DNA of 19,611 bases from a bacterium (GTDB taxonomy: Bacteria; SZUA-182; DTGQ01; JAFGSM01), in contig JBLIRO010000085.1 of assembly GCA_049472335.1 (NCBI GenBank), forward strand, positions 1-19,611. The letters are read 5' to 3'. How positions within the stretch are numbered: the stretch's first letter is position 1; each line of letters begins with the position of its first letter. The notes under the pieces are model-generated. The model ran no database searches and had not been told where the DNA came from. It saw only the letters and a program-made list of their open reading frames with translations. Below are positions 9,765-18,334 of this stretch, one piece after another. Position numbers and translations under genes: made by a program.

Positions 9765-10420
9765 TTAGCACCTATCAGTTCTTGTAACTTGTCTCGGAAA
9801 TAACAAAAGCTGGGTGACTTGTTATTGTTAATGTCCATATGCAGCGAAATATTTTCGGCCCATTTTGATTTCTCGATGCCAACCGCTTGCCATCCCTTTT
9901 TAATCAATTTTCTTGCTCCACCAGCATAAACAGCATCAGCCAACTTCTCCCAAGTCCCACATATATCATCATTAACATAAGAGCCAAGGACAGAATCTTT
10001 AGCTTTTATATAAGCGCTCTTGATTGCATTCATATCCCCAAGGAACCATGCTTCGCCTTCCTCGATCGCAATGCAGATGCGACTCTCCGGTTTCGGATTG
10101 CACCTGTCCAGAATCCACAAAAGTTCTTGACGAAATTCTTTTAAGCACTTGTCGTCAAGGTCGCACACCAATATCACTGCTGCTTGATAGTCTTTAGGGT
10201 AACCATTGAATGTTTTTCCATATCCTTTGAGCAGCCTGGGCAAGTTTTCAAGCAAAGTACGTTTATTAGCATCAACTGCACTTCTCATGTTTTTAGGGAT
10301 ACGGCCAACACCTTTATACGCATAGACTTTGAATGTATGTCCTTGCCCAATAATTTTAGGAACCAGAATCTCTAATGCCTTCTTGCCGGACTGATCTTCA
10401 ACGAGTATCTCTAAATGCAT
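9761..10420 (-). CDS. DUF4276-like protein (TOPRIM-like putative nuclease partner of an ABC ATPase)
   Basis: N-terminal LEILVED acidic motif, CDLD (DxD), IEEGEAWFLGD, C-terminal NKSPSF; starts 4 nt after the ATPase stop. Confidence 0.75.
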   Translation of the reverse strand: MHLEILVEDQSGKKALEILVPKIIGQGHTFKVYAYKGVGRIPKNMRSAVDANKRTLLENLPRLLKGYGKTFNGYPKDYQAAVILVCDLDDKCLKEFRQELLWILDRCNPKPESRICIAIEEGEAWFLGDMNAIKSAYIKAKDSVLGSYVNDDICGTWEKLADAVYAGGARKLIKKGWQAVGIEKSKWAENISLHMDINNNKSPSFCYFRDKLQELIGAN

Positions 10421-10424
10421 GAAA

Positions 10425-11717
10425 TCACCTCGGATCCAGATAATCGCTGTACCAGAGCCCGCCCAAGGGAAGTCCTTCGGTTACCATGTTTTTTATGATT
10501 GGGTATTCACTGGCTCTCTTGATGGTCACAAATCCATCGGTGCCCTTTTCCAGCACCCAAACCTCCTCTGGCTCAAGAGCATCAACAAAGTAAGGTTGAT
10601 GTGTGGTAATGAATACTTGCGATCCACGCTTTTGTCCGGTTGCATGTTCCCGGAACTCCATAGCAAGTGTTTCTAGCAATTTGTGGTAAAGACCATTCTC
10701 AGGTTCTTCGATACATAAAAATGGTGGCGGTGTCGGATCTTCAAGCAGCAAAAGATAAGCAAAGACCTTTAATGTTCCATCGGACATCTGTTGTGCATAA
10801 AAAGGTTCTTGAAAACCTTTATCGTTGAATCGAAGCAGGAGCCTTCCGTCAGGAGTCTTATCTGTATCTATCTTATCGATCCCTGGAATCTTCTTTGCTA
10901 TCCCATCCAGAATTGTACGAAACTGTTTCGGATGTTCGCGTTCCATGTACTGGACCACATTGCCTAGATTGTCACCATGTATATTCAAATGTTTTTGTGG
11001 ACCCGCAAGAGGAAGGCCTCGAGCGGCATCAGGAGTGAAGTAGCTCAGATACCAGCCTTCAATGAAACGACGGAAGGCCGAAATCCTTGGATGTTGCTTA
11101 AGTGCTCCAAGCGTTGCAATGCCAAGTTTGCGTTTATCTTCAAGCTCTACAATCTCAGTTTCCTTACTTTCCTCCAGATCTTTTCCTTCCTTAATTGACT
11201 CCATGAGTCTGAACAGGTCCAGTTGTAGTTTTCCTTCATCAATCTGACGACCTTCTTTTTCTCCCTTCCAGACAATACCCCTTCCTTCATTCAGAACAAG
11301 AAAAGAGAAAGGCCAACCATGCTTTTGACCTTTTCGTCTCTGTCTAAGACGTTCTTTTTGAACATAGGGACGTCCTTTAGAATCAAGGTCGATCGAAAGT
11401 TCATAGGTGATGGGTCTTGCATTAACTTCTTCCTTGTAATAAACCTCAAACTCAATTGGACCTTCTACTCCTTGTGTTTTAATACGATCAAAACCACCTC
11501 GTCCGCGTAAATCACATGCCTCCTCAACACCATTTTTCAGGCAATCAGATAAGAAGCCAAATGCATCGAAAAGGGTGCTCTTACCGACCCCATTTTTTCC
11601 GATAACTGCAGTCATTGGAGTCAGGGTTTTGACCTGCTGTAAATTCCATAACTTTCCTAGCGTAACATCTCTTAGTGCTCGAAAGTTTCTTATCCTTATG
11701 CCTTCTATCTTGGCCAT
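10425..11717 (-). CDS. AAA_21/AAA_15-type ABC ATPase (non-transporter, defence-associated type)
   Basis: IRIRNFRAL, Walker A GKNGVGKS, signature MSDGT, Walker B CIEEPENGL, H-loop ITTHQP; GGAGG RBS. Confidence 0.9.
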   Translation of the reverse strand: MAKIEGIRIRNFRALRDVTLGKLWNLQQVKTLTPMTAVIGKNGVGKSTLFDAFGFLSDCLKNGVEEACDLRGRGGFDRIKTQGVEGPIEFEVYYKEEVNARPITYELSIDLDSKGRPYVQKERLRQRRKGQKHGWPFSFLVLNEGRGIVWKGEKEGRQIDEGKLQLDLFRLMESIKEGKDLEESKETEIVELEDKRKLGIATLGALKQHPRISAFRRFIEGWYLSYFTPDAARGLPLAGPQKHLNIHGDNLGNVVQYMEREHPKQFRTILDGIAKKIPGIDKIDTDKTPDGRLLLRFNDKGFQEPFYAQQMSDGTLKVFAYLLLLEDPTPPPFLCIEEPENGLYHKLLETLAMEFREHATGQKRGSQVFITTHQPYFVDALEPEEVWVLEKGTDGFVTIKRASEYPIIKNMVTEGLPLGGLWYSDYLDPR

Positions 11718-11831
11718 GATTACCTCCAGCAGTTTATTTCAAATCCATAAAACATTTTATCTATTGTAAACAAATTTAATAAATTCAACAAGTAAAACAT
11801 GTCTCTGCCAAAATAATTTCATCTGTTTGTT

Positions 11832-13190
11832 TCACTTCCAAGGCACATTTTCAGTCTGCCCGACCCGCCGCTGTTTCAGCCGGTTGCCATAAGTCCCTGA
11901 ATAACCGCAAATTGCCAGGATACACATCTCCAAATACCACAAACCCAAATTCCACGCTTCATAATACACATTATTAGTGTGACTGCGTCGCTTATGTTCT
12001 GGATGAACTAAAGAGTTTCTAATATCTGTCAGGGCATGGGGAGCGTCAAGCCAATTAATTTGATTATTACCAGCCAGTTGCTGCAATTCTGGAGTCTCAG
12101 CAGGGATATTCAAGGAAATTCCCAGTGAAGAAAACAGTAAACGAAATTTATCTGATGCCCAAAGATCCTTAAATCCATTTACTGTAAGAAGCTTTCTCTC
12201 CTTAACTGAAAATTCATAAGAAAGTCGCTCAATCGCCGCCTGAGTCAAAATTATTCCGGCATCGATCCCCCGTGAGGAGTGGTTTGCATTCAAGTACCAG
12301 TAAATGACCTCATGTAAGGCTTCATGCCAGTCATCGTTTGCCCATCGTTTCATAAAGCCTGGATATAACGTAGCTAACTGGGAACTATTATGTGTATCGA
12401 ACCATGACAGGAGTGTATGCCAAGGTTCTCTGGGTGATGATAATGATTCCCAGATTCTTTTGTCCGATACATCAAAACCAACTGAGCATATCGGCTCACA
12501 CCATCCGCCCTTGGCAAAGGACAGGAAAAAGCGAAGCGCTTCCAGACAGTCAACCGCATCTTTTGCAGAAAAGGAAGTGCAGCCCAGCTTCTCAAGGCAA
12601 CCTATGTGAGTCAAACGGTATCCACCCTCTGCCTTCAATGACTTAATATTATCTTCAGTGAAAAATAATGATTTCAGTTCGACCTTCCATTCATCATAAA
12701 CCAAGTCAATATGCTCGATGCGTCGGATACTACTTCCACTCTGCTCTGAAGATCTCCTTATTCCAATTAGGTTCACAAAATTGAACAAATGAAACACTGT
12801 GCGCGTCATTTGAGTCGACTCGTCTCCAATCACATTAATCGGCTCAGACTTAGGACCCCATTTGACAAAAGTTTTCGAAGCATCACCGGAAATATTCAAT
12901 AAAAATCCATTGACTTGGCGGCTATTTATAGAAAACGAAGTCATATTTTTATTACCAAACATGGCATTCAAAGAATCAGAAGAAGGAACATTTTGAAATT
13001 CTCCATAAAGATGAATATTGGCGCAAGGTAAAAAATCCAAACAGACTTTGCCAAGACCTGAGTAAGTCTTTCCGTCAATGCAGACCTCTGCCTGACTTTG
13101 ATGTAGCAACACGCTTGATTCACAGGAAGTAAAATCAAACGCAGGTTCCAATTTGTTTGTATCTAAATCCATCTTTAGTTCACTCCTCAT
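11832..13190 (-). CDS. Hypothetical protein with C-terminal HEPN-like RxxxxH motif (ApeA/YopA-like architecture)
   Basis: 452 aa; beta-rich N-terminal half, helical C-terminal half with QAAIERL and IRNSLVHP; the start may be ATG 13172 (AGGAG upstream). Confidence 0.6.
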   Translation of the reverse strand: MRSELKMDLDTNKLEPAFDFTSCESSVLLHQSQAEVCIDGKTYSGLGKVCLDFLPCANIHLYGEFQNVPSSDSLNAMFGNKNMTSFSINSRQVNGFLLNISGDASKTFVKWGPKSEPINVIGDESTQMTRTVFHLFNFVNLIGIRRSSEQSGSSIRRIEHIDLVYDEWKVELKSLFFTEDNIKSLKAEGGYRLTHIGCLEKLGCTSFSAKDAVDCLEALRFFLSFAKGGWCEPICSVGFDVSDKRIWESLSSPREPWHTLLSWFDTHNSSQLATLYPGFMKRWANDDWHEALHEVIYWYLNANHSSRGIDAGIILTQAAIERLSYEFSVKERKLLTVNGFKDLWASDKFRLLFSSLGISLNIPAETPELQQLAGNNQINWLDAPHALTDIRNSLVHPEHKRRSHTNNVYYEAWNLGLWYLEMCILAICGYSGTYGNRLKQRRVGQTENVPWK

Positions 13191-13459
13191 CTCTTCGCGT
13201 TATCGCTTTATCGTACAACATTAGAAGCTTTGGATCCTCCTGGAGGAAGGTTTTTAGAAATCTTGCTGGCCGATGTAATGATAGTGGTGTAGTCCCGTTT
13301 GTTTTGAAAACTTAAAAAAGTTTGCTGAATCAATTCGAAAAGCATTTTAATAAATTTGTAGAAACTTAAATAGTAAATCAAATTAGTTAACAATGTCCCT
13401 TAATTTGCTGGATTAACTCAATAACCATTTTTGAATTCTTCATGCGTTTTCCCTGGTTG

Positions 13460-13581
13460 AATTCGTAAAAATGTCATTGAAGGAGTCATCGGCATTCTTT
13501 GCTAAAGGCCCTTAGCGAAGCGAAGCATGCTTTAGGGTCTTCAAAAAGGCCCCTGGACGACGAAATAACTTTTTACGAATT
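13460..13581. repeat. 122-bp REP/MITE-like imperfect palindromic element
   Basis: Perfect 12-bp terminal inverted repeat AATTCGTAAAAA (13460-13471) / TTTTTACGAATT (13570-13581), plus an inner imperfect stem AAGGCCCTTAGC...GCTTTAGGGTCTT. Confidence 0.65.
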
Positions 13582-13631
13582 TGGCAACTTCGGTGACTTG
13601 CAAGTTCTGGCAATCCAGGCAGATTCCTTTT

Positions 13632-13662
13632 TAACTTTAGGCACTTGAAACTTTAGGCATTT
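13632..13662 (-). repeat. Right terminal inverted repeat of the prfB-lysS insert
   Basis: Minus strand AAATGCCTAAAGTTTCAAGTGCCTAAAGTTA; matches 8542-8572 at 29/31. Confidence 0.9.
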
Positions 13663-13686
13663 CTTCTCCTAACCTAAGCCACTCTT

Positions 13687-14782
13687 TTACATTTTCCATT
13701 TAAGATAGGCCTCAATAAATGAATCTATCTCCCCATCCATGACCGCATTGATATTTCCCGTCTCGATGCCTGTCCGGTGGTCTTTGATCAACTGATAGGG
13801 CTGGAACACGTAAGACCTGATCTGGCTTCCCCATGCAATCTCCTTTTTTCCTGCATGTATCTCGTCAATCTCCTTCTGTTGCTCTTCCAGTTTGAGCTCA
13901 TAAAGCCTTGAACGAAGAATTTTCATGGCCATATCCTTGTTCTGGTGCTGTGATCTTTCATTCTGGCATTGAACAACTATATTGGTAGGCAGGTGAGTAA
14001 TCCGTACTGCGGAGTCAGTGACGTTTACATGCTGCCCTCCTGCCCCGCTGGACCTAAATGTATCGATCCGAAGGTCTTTTTCGTCAATATCTATTTCAAT
14101 GGTCTCATCTACCTCAGGATAGACAAAAACCGAAGCAAAGGATGTATGTCGCCTCCCGCTGGCATCAAACGGTGAAATACGAACCAGCCGGTGGACACCG
14201 GACTCTCCTTTAAGGTATCCGTAAGCATAAGGACCTATCGCCATAAAAGAGACACTCTTTATACCCGCTTCCTGTCCGGGCAGCAAGTCAACAACTTTTA
14301 CCTGGAATCTCTTTTTTTCAAGCCACCTTGAATACATCCTCAGGAGCATTTCAGCCCAATCCTGTGACTCTGTTCCTCCGGCGCCTGAGTGAATGGATAT
14401 AATTGCGTTATTTCTGTCTCTATCTTTAGACAGAAGAATCCTAAGTTCCAGCTCATTTATGGCAATCTCTTGTTTTTTAAGGTTCTGTTTAGCCTCTTCG
14501 AGAAAAGAGGGGTCTTCCTCCTCTTCTCCCAATTCAATCATGATTTTTATTTCCTCTATCTTCTTTTCATCCGAAGTTATTGCATCGATCCATTCAATAA
14601 GAGAAGCACGTTCTTGCAGTAATTCCTGGGCCTTTTCCTGATCAGACCAGAAATCTTTAGCTGCCATAATTTCATCAATGGCCCTAATTCTCTCTTTTTT
14701 CCCGGAAAGGTCAAAGATGCCTCCTCAATTTATCTAATTTGGCATTCACTCCTTCCAATCTCTTTTTTAGATCTTCGTACAT
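13687..14782 (-). CDS. prfB: Peptide chain release factor 2 (+1 programmed frameshift, about 364 aa)
   Basis: SPF and GGQ motifs. Upstream 23-codon ORF (ATG 14782, [23 protein letters not shown]) ends in CTT TGA C; the +1 frame continues [20 protein letters not shown] into the 13687..14667 ORF. Confidence 0.97.
14710..14725 (-). promoter_or_regulatory. prfB +1 ribosomal frameshift cassette
   Basis: Minus strand AGGAGG-CAT-CTT-TGA-C: internal Shine-Dalgarno, 3-nt spacer, slippery CTT TGA C. Confidence 0.95.
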
Positions 14783-14786
14783 TTAC

Positions 14787-16334
14787 TTATTCTCCTCTCA
14801 TCTTTTTAACTGCAATAATACTCCAAATAAGGGTAAAAAATACGCAAAGCCAGGCAAAAAAATCACCTGTTCTGACATAAAGGCTTCTTAACGGACTTTT
14901 ATATACACCTGCCTCAAGGGTTAATTTCTCAAAGATTTTTCCCTTTTTTATTACCTTCCCCCAGGGGTCGACAAATCCGGATATCCCTGTATTGGCTGCC
15001 CTGACAAGCCATACTCTATTTTCAACCGAACGCATACAGGCCATATCAAAATGTTGATAAGGGGCTGATGTTCTTCCAAACCAGGCATCATTCGTCAAGT
15101 TCACTAAAAATTCCGCCCCTCTCTTAACAAACCGTCGACAAAGATCAGGAAATATGACCTCGAAACATATTACAACGGCAAAATGGTTGTCCTGAACCTT
15201 AAAAGTCGTAAAGTCATTGCCCCGTAAGAATGATCCCAGATTGCCAAGGCTTTTTCCTATCCATTCAAATGGGAAATATTCTCCAAAGGGGACAAGATGA
15301 ATCTTATCATAGAAGCCTATAACATCACCAGTGGGAGAAAAGAGCAGTGCGCTGTTATACAGACCTTCTTTTTTAAGATTGTATCTCGGACATCCCAGCA
15401 GCAAATGTGAGTCTAACTGCCTTGCCAATTCGGATAAAACAAAGAATATCTGGCCTTCTCCTGGAAAAATTGCGGCAGTACATGCAGTTTCCGGCCATAT
15501 GATCAATTTTTTGTCCGTTGGTGATAGCCGGAGGCTTGTTTGCCCATAATCCGCCAATATCTTGTAACTATTTCCTATATCTCTTTTTATATCCTGGGGG
15601 ACATTCTCCTGGATCAGCCCGATTTCAAGCCTGTTCACCGCATCATGGACCAGTTTTTGTGATCCAAGCCTAAACACACCGTATCCCAAAACCAGACCCG
15701 TTGATAAAATCAGCGCCGATCCTTTAAAAATTATCTGTAAGCCGAGCCTTTGCCCTGATTTATATTCTCCGTAAAGGGCAATCAAATCAGTCAATCCTGC
15801 GTTAACAAAGACAATAAAGAAACTAATTCCATATACCCCTGCCAAATCAGCGAATTGAACGATATGGAGTGATTTTGCCTGGGAATACCCCAGGAGGCCC
15901 CAAGGGAAACCGGTCAAGAAATGTGATCTGAGAAATTCCAGGGCAACCCATATGGCAGGGGCAAGAATGCAGAATGGAACATGGATCCTGCGGTAAGCAA
16001 AACCCAATATTGAGCAAAAACTCCCAAAATATAGCCCAAGGTAAAGGCATAATAAAATCAGTAAAATCTGGCTAAGAATTAAAGGCAATCCCCCAAACCT
16101 TATCATTGTACCGGCAAGCCAATAAAGAAGTCCATAGAAAAAAACGATCCCTGCCAGCCAACCGGATAAAAAACGGTTCTTGACTTTATTACATCTTAAA
16201 AGCCATAACAGAGGTATCATTGAAACCCAGGCGAGAAGGGAGATACCCGGCAGGGGAAAGATGGAGATCAATAAAAACCCCGTAAGGACTGAGCATATAA
16301 TGTTATTATATTTTCCGGCCCATTCTTTTATCAT
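14787..16334 (-). CDS. lnt: Apolipoprotein N-acyltransferase
   Basis: Multiple TM segments, TGFPWGLLGYSQ, nitrilase triad motifs WPE, YDKIHLVPFGEY, ICFE, plus TNDAWFG and RAANTGIS. Confidence 0.95.
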   Translation of the reverse strand: MIKEWAGKYNNIICSVLTGFLLISIFPLPGISLLAWVSMIPLLWLLRCNKVKNRFLSGWLAGIVFFYGLLYWLAGTMIRFGGLPLILSQILLILLCLYLGLYFGSFCSILGFAYRRIHVPFCILAPAIWVALEFLRSHFLTGFPWGLLGYSQAKSLHIVQFADLAGVYGISFFIVFVNAGLTDLIALYGEYKSGQRLGLQIIFKGSALILSTGLVLGYGVFRLGSQKLVHDAVNRLEIGLIQENVPQDIKRDIGNSYKILADYGQTSLRLSPTDKKLIIWPETACTAAIFPGEGQIFFVLSELARQLDSHLLLGCPRYNLKKEGLYNSALLFSPTGDVIGFYDKIHLVPFGEYFPFEWIGKSLGNLGSFLRGNDFTTFKVQDNHFAVVICFEVIFPDLCRRFVKRGAEFLVNLTNDAWFGRTSAPYQHFDMACMRSVENRVWLVRAANTGISGFVDPWGKVIKKGKIFEKLTLEAGVYKSPLRSLYVRTGDFFAWLCVFFTLIWSIIAVKKMRGE

Positions 16335-16864
16335 GATTTTCCGTCCTGCATTCTGGCTCCAACGTAAATATATTCAAATCCGGATATAATGGTTAATAGG
16401 GCAGAGAGCCAGATAAAAAAACATACGATCATGGAAAGATGCCCGGCCCAGAGATTCAAGAGGACTAAAAAAATAGTAGACATCTGGATCATTGTAGTTG
16501 ATTTACCGATTAATGTTGGAGAAATGACCGGCCTTTCATTCCAAATATAGATGCTCATTACACCCAGCGTAATAAGAATATCCCGAGCCATGATTATAAC
16601 AGCCAACCACGATGGAATGAAGTCCATTATTGCCAGGGTAATAAAGGATGTATTGACAAGAAGTTTATCAGCGACCGGATCCAAAAAAAATCCGAGCCTG
16701 GATCTTTGGTTTCTTACCCTTGCAATAATCCCATCAAGTGCATCAGTAAGGCTGGCAAGTCCAAAGATAAGTAAGGCCGGGAATTTGTATTCATTGATTA
16801 ATAATATTATGAATACAGGAATAAGGAGGATACGCGAGATTGTGAGCTTATTTGGGAGAGTCAT
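16331..16864 (-). CDS. pgsA: CDP-alcohol phosphatidyltransferase (PgsA-like)
   Basis: Starts MTLPNKLTISR (ATG 16864; the ORF track over-extends to 16975); motif TDALDGIIAR...GFFLDPVADK. Confidence 0.8.
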   Translation of the reverse strand: MTLPNKLTISRILLIPVFIILLINEYKFPALLIFGLASLTDALDGIIARVRNQRSRLGFFLDPVADKLLVNTSFITLAIMDFIPSWLAVIIMARDILITLGVMSIYIWNERPVISPTLIGKSTTMIQMSTIFLVLLNLWAGHLSMIVCFFIWLSALLTIISGFEYIYVGARMQDGKS

Positions 16865-17357
16865 CTGTATTATGTTCAAAGGGTTGGATAACGGGATCAT
16901 AACGTAAAACACGACCTCTTTTGAATACCAGTGGATAATCTTCAAGATCCCTTCCGCAGCGCAAAAGACGATCAAAGCTCATAATTAATCCCTTCTCTTG
17001 ATGGTATCTCAATGCATGAGAAGCAAAACTTGAACATGATGGATACATAGGACACCTGCTGCTGTTCACGGGTGACAGATATCTTTTGTAAAGTTTTATC
17101 ATCCAGGAAAAAGGGGATAGATCCTCTTCTTCCCCTTCAATAAATGGAATCCGAGCAGAAGAGGAATTAATGGGAATGAAAGTCTCATTTACAGGCTTGG
17201 GCTGCTCGGATTTAGAGCTTACAGGCAAAAACAGGATAACCAGGAAAAGGAGGAATATATAAAATATACTAACATCGCCGGATATTAGGCGTTTTGAATT
17301 ATTTTTAGATCTTATCAAGAGAAAAGATAACAATTTATTTTTTCTTTTTTTTAACAT
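16848..17357 (-). CDS. YidD/haemolytic-domain protein with N-terminal hydrophobic extension
   Basis: IKLYKRYLSP...RCPMYPSCSSFA...GLIMSFDRLLRC (three conserved Cys), ending YDPV; start position uncertain. Confidence 0.7.
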   Translation of the reverse strand: MLKKRKNKLLSFLLIRSKNNSKRLISGDVSIFYIFLLFLVILFLPVSSKSEQPKPVNETFIPINSSSARIPFIEGEEEDLSPFSWMIKLYKRYLSPVNSSRCPMYPSCSSFASHALRYHQEKGLIMSFDRLLRCGRDLEDYPLVFKRGRVLRYDPVIQPFEHNTDDSPK

Positions 17358-17533
17358 AACAAAAAAGTTACCTATACTCCATCTTTAATCAGAAAGACAT
17401 AACCGACTTTAATCTAAATTTATAGTATGGCATAGACTTTTTTCATGATCAAGCCTATTTTAAACAATATATCCTGTATCAATAGGTGTGCATTCTTAAA
17501 AAACTAAATTGTTTAAAAAAAACAATGGACAAT

Positions 17534-17562
17534 TTGACATGCTTTATTTAATAGTTTAGAAT
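17534..17562 (+). promoter_or_regulatory. Sigma70 promoter upstream of the IHF/HU gene
   Basis: TTGACA-17 nt-TAGAAT. Confidence 0.7.
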
Positions 17563-17650
17563 ATATCTAATTTTTCAACAATTTGATTTCAACTTATCAT
17601 TTCATATCATTAATAATTATTAACATAAAAATAAAAGAGGGGAGAATGAT

Positions 17651-17923
17651 ATGACAAAAGAGGATTTGATTAAAAATGTTTGGAAAGAATTGGATATCAC
17701 TAATAAAGAGGCAAGAGAGATTGTTGAAAATGTCTTCGAGACAATGAAAAATGTGCTTTCAAGAGGTGAACAGATTGAAATCAGAGGTTTTGGAAAATTC
17801 TCAATCAGGGAAAAAAATAAGAGAATAGGTAGAAATCCCCGTACAGGAGAAGAGGCTGAGATATCTGCACGCAGGGTTGTCACATTCAAGCCGTCCAAAA
17901 TTTTTAGAAGCGCTCTCAGTTAA
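17651..17923 (+). CDS. ihfA: Integration host factor subunit alpha-like (HU/IHF family)
   Basis: MTKEDL, GFGKF, GRNPRTGE, ISARRVVTFKPS (alpha-type); purine-rich RBS. Confidence 0.8.
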   Translation: MTKEDLIKNVWKELDITNKEAREIVENVFETMKNVLSRGEQIEIRGFGKFSIREKNKRIGRNPRTGEEAEISARRVVTFKPSKIFRSALS

Positions 17924-17956
17924 ATCAATTTATAATCTTAGCATTTAAGAGGGGAG

Positions 17957-18334
17957 CTATTTGGTTTCTTGCATTTGAAGGACGCGAGCAATAATATTTT
18001 TTAGCTGATCAAGATTTAAAGGTTTACTGAGATATTCATAGGCCCCGAGGCGGGTAGCTTCAACTTGCTGACCTTGATACCCATAGGAGGTAATTACAAT
18101 CACTTCTATGTTTGCATGACTTTTTTCGATCTCTTTCAATAAAGCCATACCGTCCATAATAGGCATTTTTATATCCGTTATGACAAGATTAAAGGAGTCC
18201 AGACGTATCTTTTCAAGCGCATTCTGACCATCACAGGCAGTAGAAACTTCATATCCGGCCTCTTCCAATATATCTGCAAGGGTTTCACATATCTTTTGAT
18301 CATCATCCACTATGAGTATTTTCTTTTTATCCAC
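17957..18334 (-). CDS. Single-domain response regulator (receiver domain)
   Basis: ILIVDDD, phospho-acceptor ITDIKMP, VITSY, YLSKP; 125 aa with no output domain; GTG start. Confidence 0.9.
   Translation of the reverse strand: MDKKKILIVDDDQKICETLADILEEAGYEVSTACDGQNALEKIRLDSFNLVITDIKMPIMDGMALLKEIEKSHANIEVIVITSYGYQGQQVEATRLGAYEYLSKPLNLDQLKNIIARVLQMQETK

Larger units (their letters stand above)
8542..13662. mobile_element. Non-autonomous accessory island bounded by inverted repeats, inserted between prfB and lysS
   Basis: Inverted repeats lie 35 bp from the lysS start and 24 bp from the prfB stop; cargo is unrelated to the flanking operon; no transposase or integrase seen. Confidence 0.7.

Noticed and set aside
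13208..13393. 61-aa ORF with RDYTTIITSASKI, faintly like the DnaA C-terminal helix-turn-helix (RDHTTV)
   Set aside because: Similarity is too short, the start is TTG in low-complexity AT-rich DNA with no clear RBS; a degraded fragment cannot be excluded but is not supportable
9233..13660. Retron or complete restriction-modification system in the island
   Set aside because: No reverse transcriptase (YADD) or DNA methyltransferase motifs are visible; only a helicase 5' remnant remains
8530..13675. Target-site duplication flanking the island
   Set aside because: The flanks (...ATTGATTTTAT and CTTCTCCTAAC...) share no direct repeat
16865..16975. N-terminal extension of pgsA in the ORF track
   Set aside because: Overlaps the YidD-domain gene; the family-typical start MTLPN is at 16864
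17620..17898. 92-aa minus-strand ORF
   Set aside because: Antisense shadow of the IHF/HU gene
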